A DNA stretch of 64,000 nt. Source: an uncultured Pirellulaceae bacterium. Its GTDB lineage: Bacteria; Planctomycetota; Planctomycetia; Pirellulales; Pirellulaceae. The stretch covers positions 59,248 through 123,247 of the forward strand of contig CAYLLN010000002.1 of NCBI GenBank assembly GCA_964384375.1, read 5' to 3'. A model generated the notes under the pieces. The model was not told the origin of the DNA and ran no database searches. It saw only the letters and a list, made by a program, of their open reading frames with translations. A program made the translations under genes and the position numbers. Position 1 is the stretch's first letter. Each line of letters starts with the position of its first letter. This document shows, in pieces, positions 35,701-44,463 of the stretch.

Positions 35701-36195
35701 ATGTCCTTCTTCCCCTCCCTGCTCGAAACCGTCCAGCAAGAGTTTGCTGAATTCTCCGACTGGCAGACGCTCGTCAAGATCGCCATTCGTTTAATCGCGG
35801 CGGCACTCGCCGGGGGGTTGATCGGTCTGGAACGCGAGAAGGTGGGCAAAGCAGCCGGCCTCCGCACGCACATGCTCGTGACGATTGGCGTCGCCCTGTT
35901 CATCATCGTCCCGGTCACGCAAGGGGCCGGCGATGCCGACGTCAGCCGCGTCATCCAAGGAATCGTCACCGGCATCGGCTTTCTGGGCGGCGGAGCGATC
36001 CTCAAGCTGTCGCAGGAGAAAGAAATCCACGGACTCACAACGGCAGCCGGGATTTGGCTCGCCAGCGCGATTGGCATTGCGATTGGCTTTGGCCGCTTGG
36101 GAACGGCTCTCTTCGGCACACTCTTCGCCCTGGTCGTCCTCCGCCTCATTGCGTTGGTCGAACCGCGCATCAACTCCCGCGACACGCCCGGATGA
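35701..36195 (+). CDS. mgtC: MgtC/SapB family membrane protein
   Basis: LIAAALAGGLIGLEREKVGKAAGLRTHMLVTIGVALF is the MgtC signature. Confidence 0.85.
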   Translation: MSFFPSLLETVQQEFAEFSDWQTLVKIAIRLIAAALAGGLIGLEREKVGKAAGLRTHMLVTIGVALFIIVPVTQGAGDADVSRVIQGIVTGIGFLGGGAILKLSQEKEIHGLTTAAGIWLASAIGIAIGFGRLGTALFGTLFALVVLRLIALVEPRINSRDTPG

Positions 36196-37400
36196 CTGAT
36201 CCCTCGCAGCTGCGACGCGCTTGGCTTTGGCCGCCACGGCCGTTTGCGTTGCTTGTTGCCACGGTCGTGCTCGTCGTCGCCGTCCTGGCCAACCTTCCTG
36301 CCATCAGCGTACCGCACCCGGAGCTCGCCGACGGAAAGTTCGGTTGGCATTTCAACCTGACCGCCGAATACGAGCACGGTTGGCCGCTGCGGTATTCACG
36401 GCGGACGCTTTCACACCGCACAATAGCCGACGGACGCCCTCCCGCCTGGAAGCCGTGGGAAGGTCCTGGAGAACGGAGCGTGGTGAACTTGCTGCTTGAC
36501 GTGGCCATCTGGGGCGCTGTCGTCGTGGCCGCTGCGGTGGGGGCACAATATTGGCGATCGCGGCGGCGAGCGGTCTGGCAGCTCAACCTGCGAGATCTTC
36601 TGGCACTGACCGGAGTGGCAGCCGCTCTGTTCGCCTGGATCGGGATCGAGAGGGCCGAGTATTGGCGAGAGCATTCACTGGTGGCGGAAATCCGCGCGCG
36701 ACCCGGCAATTCCGGAGTAGAACACCAGCTTGGTACGACCGTGCCGGCATTCTTGCCGGAGAAGATGCAGGATCGACTGCACGCGTGGTTCGACCAGCCG
36801 TGCTATTTCTACTCTAGCGGCGACAGCGACCTCGCCTGCCAGCACACGCATGTGGTGACACTCCGCGAAACGGCCATTCACCGGGACTTTCGCCGCCACC
36901 TGCGGCAGATGCCTGGCCTGGAAGCGCTTGACCTGTCGTTTGTCGAGCTGCCGTACTTCGATGTAACGCGGCAAACGACCATCGTCGGCAATCTTGCTCC
37001 GCTCCCCCGGCTGCGCGGCATCAACCTCTATGGCACGAACGCCACTGATGCCGATCTGGCTTGGCTCGCCACCTGCTCCCGGTTGGAAATGATCGACCTC
37101 TCGGACACCGACATCAGCGATCACGGACTCGCGCAACTAGCCGCACTGCCGCGGCTGCGCGTACTGATGCTTTCCAGCGATCGCATCTCCGATCGCGGCT
37201 GCCGGTCGATCGCGACCATGACCCACTTGGAGGAGCTATCGCTCGCCAGCCGCAATGTGAAAGACGCTGGCGTGAAACAACTAGCGTCCCTCACGCGGCT
37301 GAGACGCTTGGAGATCACCGTCGGCGCGAGCAAGTCGGCCGTCGATTGGCTCGAAACTGCGCTGCCGGAGTGCAAGCTGCAGAATCGGCGTACCTACTGA
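36192..37400 (+). CDS. membrane-anchored leucine-rich-repeat (RNI-like) protein
   Basis: ATGA overlap with the mgtC stop. N-terminal helices, then repeated L..L..L.L....I.D.G...LA.L units. Confidence 0.7.
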   Translation: MTDPSQLRRAWLWPPRPFALLVATVVLVVAVLANLPAISVPHPELADGKFGWHFNLTAEYEHGWPLRYSRRTLSHRTIADGRPPAWKPWEGPGERSVVNLLLDVAIWGAVVVAAAVGAQYWRSRRRAVWQLNLRDLLALTGVAAALFAWIGIERAEYWREHSLVAEIRARPGNSGVEHQLGTTVPAFLPEKMQDRLHAWFDQPCYFYSSGDSDLACQHTHVVTLRETAIHRDFRRHLRQMPGLEALDLSFVELPYFDVTRQTTIVGNLAPLPRLRGINLYGTNATDADLAWLATCSRLEMIDLSDTDISDHGLAQLAALPRLRVLMLSSDRISDRGCRSIATMTHLEELSLASRNVKDAGVKQLASLTRLRRLEITVGASKSAVDWLETALPECKLQNRRTY

Positions 37401-37402
37401 GG

Positions 37403-37708
37403 TTACCCACCCGCCAGTGCCCCAATAATTAAATACGGTTCGGCGCCGTTCGCGACCGGCTCCGGCAGCGGCGCATCGGGCGACTCGTTCGAGAGATCCT
37501 GCTCGCAAGCAAAGAACCGCAGGAACGCTCGCCGCTCTTTGGTCACGTGGTCGCGGATCGTGCCCCGAAGCATCGGATAGCGGGCTTCCAGCGCATCGAG
37601 CACAGCGCGCTGCGTCACCGGTGGCGCAACTTCGAGCTGGACCTCCCCCGTGATCTGAGCGAGTGTCTTCAGATGAAACGGCACCACCACGCGAACCTGG
37701 CACGACAT
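37403..37708 (-). CDS. MoaD/ThiS-family beta-grasp protein ending in Gly-Gly
   Basis: 101 aa. C-terminus ...[12 protein letters not shown] immediately before the stop. 27 nt downstream of the WD40 gene on the same strand. Confidence 0.6.
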   Translation of the reverse strand: MSCQVRVVVPFHLKTLAQITGEVQLEVAPPVTQRAVLDALEARYPMLRGTIRDHVTKERRAFLRFFACEQDLSNESPDAPLPEPVANGAEPYLIIGALAGG

Positions 37709-37735
37709 CGCACGTGACTCCCGGCAATCGAGCAG

Positions 37736-38785
37736 TTATTCCTTCTTCTCTTCCGGCTTCGCCTCCGCGGGCTTTTCCTCCGCGGCAGGCTTGGCTTCTG
37801 CGGGAGCGGCAAAGACCTCGGCCCGGCTGGCGACGTTCCACAGCTTCAAAGCATCGTTGTGGCTGCCGGTGGCCAAGAGCGTCCCGTCGGGTGAAAAAGC
37901 AACCGTCCACACCGTACTCTTATAGGGTCCAAGCGTTGCGGCTTCCTTCTTCTCCTTCACGTCCCACAGCTTCACCGACCGGTCGTGGCTGCTGGTGGCT
38001 AAGAGCGCGCCGTCGGGCGAAAAGGCCACGTCCGTCACCCAGTCCTTGTGCCCTTCCAGAGCCGCTTGCTCTTTCCCCTCGGCATTGAAAATCCGCACCT
38101 TGCGGTCGGCCCCGCACGTAGCGAGTTGCGTGCCATCCTTCGACCAGGCCACCGCCCACACCGCGTCGCCGTGCCCTTCGAGCTTGGCCTTTTCGGTCCC
38201 CGCGTTCCAATCCCACAGCTTGGCGAACTTGTCGGTCGAGCAGGTCGCGAGCGTCGCCCCATCGGGCGAAAACGCGAGGTCATAAACCGCGGCATCGTGA
38301 GCCTTGATCGTTTTCAGCTCCTTCAGCCCTTCCGTCTCCCAGACGACGATGTTGCCGTCCTCGCCGGCAGTGGCAAAGTGCTTGCCGTCCGGCGAAATGG
38401 CCACCGAGCGGCACCACGACTTGTGCTTCTCGAGCGTCTGCTGCGGCTTCTTCTCCGCGAGATTCCACAGGATCACCTTGCCGTCGTAGCCGCTGGTGAG
38501 CAGCGTTTTGCCGTCCGACGAAAGGGCGACCGACCAAACGTTCGTCGGCTGGCCGTCGAGGCTGGCGACGAGTGCACCGGTCTTGGGGTCCCACAGCTTC
38601 ACATCGCCGGCCCGGTACTGCAGGCTTTCGCCTCCACCGCTGACGAGTTGCGCTCCGTCGCCGCTAAAGGCCAGCGAAGTGACCCAGCGATTGTGCTTGG
38701 CGATGGCTGGCGATTCCTGGGCGTGTGCCAGCGTGGCGAATAGTACGAAGAGGGACGTCCCACCAATCGTCATGAGCCGTTGCAT
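37736..38785 (-). CDS. secreted WD40-repeat beta-propeller protein
   Basis: Signal peptide MQRLMTIGGTSLFVLFATLAHAQ. Seven or so repeats of the ...GH.D.V..VAFSPDG..LAT.S.D...KLWD type. Confidence 0.85.
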   Translation of the reverse strand: MQRLMTIGGTSLFVLFATLAHAQESPAIAKHNRWVTSLAFSGDGAQLVSGGGESLQYRAGDVKLWDPKTGALVASLDGQPTNVWSVALSSDGKTLLTSGYDGKVILWNLAEKKPQQTLEKHKSWCRSVAISPDGKHFATAGEDGNIVVWETEGLKELKTIKAHDAAVYDLAFSPDGATLATCSTDKFAKLWDWNAGTEKAKLEGHGDAVWAVAWSKDGTQLATCGADRKVRIFNAEGKEQAALEGHKDWVTDVAFSPDGALLATSSHDRSVKLWDVKEKKEAATLGPYKSTVWTVAFSPDGTLLATGSHNDALKLWNVASRAEVFAAPAEAKPAAEEKPAEAKPEEKKE

Positions 38786-39003
38786 AAGGTCTCCTCGCGG
38801 AAGATCAAGGATTCAGTTTCCAGGGTGCAAGACGCGAAGCAGCGAGAGCAGGTGCAACAGCATCGTAATCCGTAGCTGGTCGCGGCGAAACCAGCGGGAG
38901 CCACCTGGTGACATCGCCCGTCGCGGCACGCTTGTTGAACCACGCGCGATCCCCTGCGAAGATGTCGAGTGCCCCGCCTTCTCGCACCTGCCTGGAATCC
39001 CTC

Positions 39004-41979
39004 ATGAGCCGAGTCGCACCGCTTGCCTGTCTTCTGTTGGCCATCGTCGCTGCGCCGCTGACAGGCCAAACGCCCGATTCGATCGACCGGGACTATGCGG
39101 GCGAACTGCCGCGGATTCCGCCTACAGAGCCAGACAAGGCCTTGGGCACCTTCCACGTCGCGCCGGGCTTTCGTCTGGAGCAGGTCGCTGCTGAGCCGCT
39201 GGTGGCCGATCCGGTCGCGGTCACGTTCGACGATAACGCCCGGATGTACGTCGTCGAAATGCGGGGCTATTCGGAGAATAAGGATGAGCAGGTTAGCAGG
39301 GTGAGCCTGCTGGAAGATACTGACGGCGACGGCCGGTTCGACAAGCGGATACTCTTTGCCGACAAGCTGGCTTGGCCGACGGCCATTTTCTATTGGGCTG
39401 GCGGAGTGCTCGTCGCGGATGCGCCGGACATTTTCTATTTCAAGGACACCACCGGCGACGGAGTGGCCGACGAAAAGCGGCTGCTCTATACGGGCCTCGG
39501 CACAGGCAATGTGCAGGGGCTGGTGAACTCGTTCCAGTGGGGCCTCGACAACCGCATTTACGTTTCGCTCAGCAGCACGGGAGCGGATTTGCAGATGGCG
39601 GATGCCAAGCACCAAAAGCCGCTGTCGCTTCGCGGTCGCGACCTGGCCATCGACCCTCGCGACTGGTCGGTGACGCCCGTCAGTGGCGGCGCTCAGCACG
39701 GTCTCTCGGTGAACGACTGGGGTGACCGTTTCCTTTGCTCCAACAGCGACCACCTGCAGCAGGTGATGTACGAGGATCGGTATTTGGCCCGCAATCCGTA
39801 CCTGGCGGCTCCGTCACCTCGGCGGAGCATTGCTGCTGACGGGCCGCAGGCCGACGTGTTCCGCACTAGCCCCGTGGAACCGTGGCGAATCGTGCGGACT
39901 CGTCTGCGGGCGCAGAAGATTGTGCCGGGCATCGTTGAAGGGGGCGGGAGACCAGCGGGGTACTTCACCGGCGCAACCGGCGCGACGATCTATCGCGGCG
40001 ATGCCTGGCCGGCTGAATGGCGCGGTCTCGCGGTTGTCGGTGATGTCGGCAGCAATCTCGTTCATCGCAAGCGGCTGGAGACGGACGGCGTCGGTTTCAT
40101 CGGCCGGCGGATCGACGAGCAGAGCGAGTTCGTTTCGTCGAGCGACATTTGGTTCCGGCCTGTCCAGTTTGCCAACGCTCCCGATGGCACGCTCTATATC
40201 CTCGACATGTACCGCGAGGTGATCGAACATCCCGCCAGCCTCCCGCCGATCATCAAGAAGCACCTCGACCTGACGAGCGGCCGCGATCGCGGGCGAATCT
40301 ACCGCATCGCCCCCGACGGCTTCAAGCAGCCGCCGCTGCCGAAGCTGGCATCCGCCACCGCTCCCGTGCTTGTCGCACTGCTGCAGCATCCAAACGGCTG
40401 GCATCGCGACGCGGCCGCGCGGCTCCTTTACGAGCGGCAAGACAAGGGCGCAATTCCGCTGCTAGAAAAGCTCGTCAGCGAATCCGAACTCCCGCTGGCC
40501 CGGCTGCACGGAATGTATGCGCTGGACGGGATGAAGTCGCTGTCCGACGAGTTGCTCCTGCCGCGGCTGGCCGACAAACATCCCCGCGTGCGGGAACATG
40601 CTGTCCGTCTGGCCGAGTCGCGTGCGAACGAATCCCCCGCGATTCGAGAGAAGCTATTAGCTCTTTCCGCCGATCCAGAGCTGCGCGTCCGCTATCAGGT
40701 CGCGTTCTCGCTGGGTGCTGTGCTGCCGTCAGCGCAACGAACGAAGGCGCTCGTCGCCATTGCGATGCGCGATGCAGCCGATGGCAATGTCCGCATTGCC
40801 GTGCAAAGCTCGCTCGGCCAAGGGGGGGGCGAGGCACTGGCTGCGCTGGCAAGTGATTTGAAGTTTCGCGATTCGCCAGCCGGTCGCGACTGGATCGCCA
40901 GTCTGGCCACGCAAATCGGCAAGCAGCAGGCTGCCGGAGACATCGCCGAACTCTTGAAACTGCTCGCGGTTCTGACCAAGGAGAACGCCGCGATACTACC
41001 GACGATTGTCGAGCGGCTGGCTGCCAAGGAAGACTCTCCACTGGCCCAGAAAATCGCGGCTGCCACCGGCGGCAAAGCGGAAGAGTTGATGCAGTCGCTC
41101 TTGGCCGAAGCAGCCGCTCAAGCCGGCGACGATGACGCACCGCTCGCGGCACGCGTTGCGGCCACCGAGCAGCTTCGCCTCGCAAAATTCTCCGATCAAC
41201 GCGAGCTGCTCGCGCGTCTTTTAGCACCGGCCGTCCCGGGCGACTTACAGTCGGCAGCTCTTGCCACGCTCGGCTCCTATGATGCGTCAGAGGTTGCCAC
41301 CCTCGTCCTCGGTCAATTCGCCACCTTCAGCCCGCGTCTGAAGGGTCAAGCCACCGACGTGCTGCTGGCTCGCACGCCTTGGACGCTCGCCCTGCTCGAT
41401 GCGATTGCCGCCGGAACCGTCAGCATCGGCGACCTCGATCCGGCCCGGCTAAAGCTGCTGGCCGATCACGCGGACGAGGGCGTCCGCGCTAAAGCCGCCA
41501 AACTGCTGGCGAGTAACCAACTTGGCAAGCGGGCCGACGTCGTCGAGGCGTATCGCGGCGTGCTCGAAGCGAAAGGAGACGCTACCCAAGGAAAACAGGT
41601 CTTCACGAAGATTTGTGCGGCCTGCCACCGTGTCGGAGGGGTCGGCCACGAGATCGGTCCGAATCTGGCCGCCATGAAGGCCCGCGGCCCGGAGGCGATT
41701 CTTGTGAATGTCCTCGACCCCAACCGCGAAGTGAACCCGCAGTATCTGAGTTACTCGGTCCGCCTGCTCGACGGCCGCACACTGACCGGGATGATCGCCG
41801 CCGAGACGGCAACTGGAGTCACACTGCGCCGGGCCGACAACCTGAGCGATAACGTGCTGCGGATCGACATCGACCAGCTCAAAAGCACCGGCCAGTCGCT
41901 GATGCCCGAAGGGCTCGAACGGCAGATTGATCGTCAGCAGATGGCCGACTTGCTGGAGTATCTGAAGAGTCTTGAATGA
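39004..41979 (+). CDS. PVC-type heme-binding CxxCH protein (dehydrogenase-like N-domain, HEAT repeats, C-terminal cytochrome c)
   Basis: Signal peptide. FHVAPGFRLEQVAAEPLVADPVAVTFDDNARMYVVEM. HEAT-like repeats. CAACHRVGG plus a distal Met (SLMPEGL). Confidence 0.85.
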   Translation: MSRVAPLACLLLAIVAAPLTGQTPDSIDRDYAGELPRIPPTEPDKALGTFHVAPGFRLEQVAAEPLVADPVAVTFDDNARMYVVEMRGYSENKDEQVSRVSLLEDTDGDGRFDKRILFADKLAWPTAIFYWAGGVLVADAPDIFYFKDTTGDGVADEKRLLYTGLGTGNVQGLVNSFQWGLDNRIYVSLSSTGADLQMADAKHQKPLSLRGRDLAIDPRDWSVTPVSGGAQHGLSVNDWGDRFLCSNSDHLQQVMYEDRYLARNPYLAAPSPRRSIAADGPQADVFRTSPVEPWRIVRTRLRAQKIVPGIVEGGGRPAGYFTGATGATIYRGDAWPAEWRGLAVVGDVGSNLVHRKRLETDGVGFIGRRIDEQSEFVSSSDIWFRPVQFANAPDGTLYILDMYREVIEHPASLPPIIKKHLDLTSGRDRGRIYRIAPDGFKQPPLPKLASATAPVLVALLQHPNGWHRDAAARLLYERQDKGAIPLLEKLVSESELPLARLHGMYALDGMKSLSDELLLPRLADKHPRVREHAVRLAESRANESPAIREKLLALSADPELRVRYQVAFSLGAVLPSAQRTKALVAIAMRDAADGNVRIAVQSSLGQGGGEALAALASDLKFRDSPAGRDWIASLATQIGKQQAAGDIAELLKLLAVLTKENAAILPTIVERLAAKEDSPLAQKIAAATGGKAEELMQSLLAEAAAQAGDDDAPLAARVAATEQLRLAKFSDQRELLARLLAPAVPGDLQSAALATLGSYDASEVATLVLGQFATFSPRLKGQATDVLLARTPWTLALLDAIAAGTVSIGDLDPARLKLLADHADEGVRAKAAKLLASNQLGKRADVVEAYRGVLEAKGDATQGKQVFTKICAACHRVGGVGHEIGPNLAAMKARGPEAILVNVLDPNREVNPQYLSYSVRLLDGRTLTGMIAAETATGVTLRRADNLSDNVLRIDIDQLKSTGQSLMPEGLERQIDRQQMADLLEYLKSLE

Positions 41980-41987
41980 CGCGGTCC

Positions 41988-42107
41988 CTTGTCACTTGTC
42001 ATTGGTGGGAGTGAGTACCCAAGTGGTGAGTGGCGAGTAGGCGTGCATGTGCTCGATTTACCGTTGCTCTCCTCTGTCTCCTAGCCTCTACCCTCTGCCC
42101 TCTACCC
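41988..42107. repeat. word-repeat blocks upstream of mgsA
   Basis: CTTGTCACTTGTCATTGGT (identical to 15161-15179). GGTGGGAGTGAGTACCCAAGTGGTGAGTGGCGAGTAGG. CTCTCCTCTGTCTCCTAGCCTCTACCCTCTGCCCTCTACCC, ending 10 nt before the ATG at 42117. Confidence 0.8.
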
Positions 42108-42116
42108 ACTCGTCCA

Positions 42117-42497
42117 ATGCTCGCTCTCATCGCTCACGACCAGAAAAAGACGGCCCTCGTCGAATTCATTCTTCGCCATCGCGACATCTTCGAGCGCGTG
42201 CCGCTGGTCGCCACGGGAAGCACGGGTCGGCTTTTGCACGAAAAGGTGGGACTCACCGTCGAGTGCGTCGCCCATGGCCCCGACGGCGGCGACTTGATCA
42301 TCGGCGGTCGCGTTGCACTGGGGCAGATTCGAGCCGTTATCTTCTTTCGCGACCCGCTCACCGCTCAGCCGCACGAGCCGGATGTGAGCGCGCTCATGCG
42401 GGTCTGCGACGTGCATCAGATTCCGCTGGCCACGAATCCGGCCACGGCGGAGGCGATCGTGTCCTGGCTTAACGACATCCTGCCAGTGAAGCGATAG
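42117..42497 (+). CDS. mgsA: methylglyoxal synthase
   Basis: MLALIAHDQKKTALVEF...LVATGSTG...FFRDPLTAQPHEPDVSALMRVCDVHQIPLATN. Confidence 0.9.
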   Translation: MLALIAHDQKKTALVEFILRHRDIFERVPLVATGSTGRLLHEKVGLTVECVAHGPDGGDLIIGGRVALGQIRAVIFFRDPLTAQPHEPDVSALMRVCDVHQIPLATNPATAEAIVSWLNDILPVKR

Positions 42498-42540
42498 GCG
42501 TGGCATCGGCAGGACTCAGAGCGGCTCGTAGAATAGGGAA

Positions 42541-42858
42541 ATGTCCCCCCCCAAGGCCGCCAATCCGTTCTATGTTCTTGCCATCGTCGTGGGCGTAACG
42601 TTCGCCATTACCGCTTGTGCCTACGGAGTGATGACGGTCCGTGGCCTCGATCCCCACGCGGCCGACGAAGGGGGGCTCGTCGGACTGATGGACCAGCATG
42701 GTCTTGCGATCATGCTGGTCGAGTTGGCGGTGCTCGGCGTGCTGACGGTCCTCGCGATTGGAACCGATGACTTTTGGACGCGCCGCGGCGACAAATCGAC
42801 TGAGGCGCAGCTCGAAACTGCGAAGGCGAGCGAGAGTCGTCAGCCCCCTCAGGCTTGA
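42541..42858 (+). CDS. hypothetical small two-helix membrane protein
   Basis: Helices FYVLAIVVGVTFAITACAYGV and LAIMLVELAVLGVLTVLAI. The 3' end overlaps the convergent MlrC-like gene by 10 nt. Confidence 0.45.
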   Translation: MSPPKAANPFYVLAIVVGVTFAITACAYGVMTVRGLDPHAADEGGLVGLMDQHGLAIMLVELAVLGVLTVLAIGTDDFWTRRGDKSTEAQLETAKASESRQPPQA

Positions 42859-44402
42859 TGTTTGACGAATGGCTCCGCTTGCCACTGGCCGATTTCTTCC
42901 CACGGCCAGAGCGGGCGGGGGCGATGCGGATAATCGTATTCCCAGAAGTTTGGCGGGGCACAGCCGGGAGCCTGAATGCTGTAGATCGCCGCGGCCTTGC
43001 TTTCGTACACGGCCCGAAAGCCGCAGGGGCTTTTGGCCACGACGACCGCCGCGGCAAACGGATCGTTGCCGGCAGCGAGGAACAATTCGGGAGCAAAGTG
43101 CGGCCCGCTGCGCGTGGTAACCACGATGCGGATTTGTCCGACGCGGAGCACCACCGAGCGACCCATGTCGATTGCCAGGTTCTTTCCTAAATGGCCGCTC
43201 ATCACGAAGTGCGCGTCGAACAGCCGTTCGATCTGGCCGGTCAGCGGGATTCGCGTGCCGAAGACGTGATCGCGCAGGCCGCCGATCCGGCCCGACCAGG
43301 TTTGCCCTATGCCTAAACGCCAGGCTGCAGCAACAATCTCGGGAGCAACCACGGTGACGAGCACGGGCCGCGGCCATTCGTACTTGAGTAGCTCCTTAAG
43401 AATCCAGACGCTGTCGCCCGGCGCGCCGCTCGTGGTCGCGTCGGCAGCATCGCTAAGCACGACCAATCCGGTTGGATTCTTGTGAGCTTTATGGACTCCC
43501 TCCTCGATCGACACCAGCTCTGGAAGATACTCCCGCCGCCGTTGCCAAAGCTCGTCGGCCAGTTCGCGACAAAGTTGCTGGGCCAATTCCGGCTGGTTGT
43601 CGGTCGTGACGACGACCGCGGAGCCAAGTTCCTGGATATCCAACCACGGCTGCACGGTGGCGATGCCGGCGGTGAGGACTTCCGGGCGTTGTTCTAGGGC
43701 CTGCAGCTTGCGTTTCAGATCGACGCTGACGCCTGCAGCCGCTTCGGTATTGGCTCGCTCGGCCGGGAGGACGCAGGGGATTTTGACGACGGCAGTAGTG
43801 GGCCGGGAGGGCGAGGCTCCCGCCGAGCCGTCACCCCGACCAATGGTCGGGGCTTTGAGCAACCGTCGCAAAACTGCAGCGCCCCGTTCTCCAGTTTCAT
43901 AAACATCGACATGCGGAGCCGTGTGATAGAGCACGAGGGCATCAGCCGCAGCAACCATCGCCTGAGTAACATTGGCGTGCAAGTCGAGCGTCGCGACGAT
44001 CGGCACTTGCGGGCCAACGACCGCACGTACCGATTGAAGGATCTCACCCTCGACATCGGGATGTTCCTCTGCCGCCATCGCGCCGTGCAAGGCGAGCAGC
44101 ACGCCATCGACCGGCAGTGCCGACTGCAAGGCACCGATAAGTTCTTCCCGCAGCCAATCGAATGTCTCGGCGGTTGCTCGCCCGCTGGGCCAAGCCGGCA
44201 ACCGGACGAGGCCCACAATCTCTGGTTGCTCGGACCAGCGACGGAGCGACTGAATGAAACCGCCCAGTTCGTTCGTCTGGGCCATCTGCTCGATCAGTTC
44301 GGCACCGCGATGGATGCCAAACGACTCGAAATCCTGCCGAGTCGTCGCCAGTGGATTGAGCGTATTCGTCTCTTGCCAGAGCTGGCCGATGGCGATGCGC
44401 AT
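42849..44402 (-). CDS. M81 family metallopeptidase (MlrC-like)
   Basis: MRIAIGQLWQETNTLNP N-terminal signature from the ATG at 44402. MlrC C-terminal domain. Contains an in-frame repeat insertion (see 43805-43852). Confidence 0.8.
   Translation of the reverse strand: MRIAIGQLWQETNTLNPLATTRQDFESFGIHRGAELIEQMAQTNELGGFIQSLRRWSEQPEIVGLVRLPAWPSGRATAETFDWLREELIGALQSALPVDGVLLALHGAMAAEEHPDVEGEILQSVRAVVGPQVPIVATLDLHANVTQAMVAAADALVLYHTAPHVDVYETGERGAAVLRRLLKAPTIGRGDGSAGASPSRPTTAVVKIPCVLPAERANTEAAAGVSVDLKRKLQALEQRPEVLTAGIATVQPWLDIQELGSAVVVTTDNQPELAQQLCRELADELWQRRREYLPELVSIEEGVHKAHKNPTGLVVLSDAADATTSGAPGDSVWILKELLKYEWPRPVLVTVVAPEIVAAAWRLGIGQTWSGRIGGLRDHVFGTRIPLTGQIERLFDAHFVMSGHLGKNLAIDMGRSVVLRVGQIRIVVTTRSGPHFAPELFLAAGNDPFAAAVVVAKSPCGFRAVYESKAAAIYSIQAPGCAPPNFWEYDYPHRPRPLWPWEEIGQWQAEPFVKHQA
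43805..43852. repeat. composite module C+B' element inside the MlrC-like CDS
   Basis: GGGAGGGCGAGGCTCCCGCCGAGCCGTCACCCCGACCAATGGTCGGGG. Translated on the minus strand as PTIGRGDGSAGASPS. Near-identical copy at 59153-59200. Confidence 0.85.
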
Positions 44403-44432
44403 GAAGAGGGAGGGGCTAGGGAATCGGGATTC

Positions 44433-44456
44433 GGGAGGGATAGGCTCCTGCCGAGC
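44433..44456. repeat. module C repeat in the 61-nt gap between the aminotransferase and MlrC-like genes
   Basis: GGGAGGGATAGGCTCCTGCCGAGC. Confidence 0.7.
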
Positions 44457-44463
44457 TGAGGTT

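Noticed and set aside
38770-39753. 327-aa minus-strand ORF
   Set aside because: It is antisense to the 5' part of the PVC heme-binding protein gene and has an Arg-rich shadow composition.
43822-43836. RGD tripeptide created by the in-frame repeat (also at ~59170-59185)
   Set aside because: It is a by-product of the repeat sequence (GGTCGGGGTGAC). There is no basis for an integrin-type function in this context.
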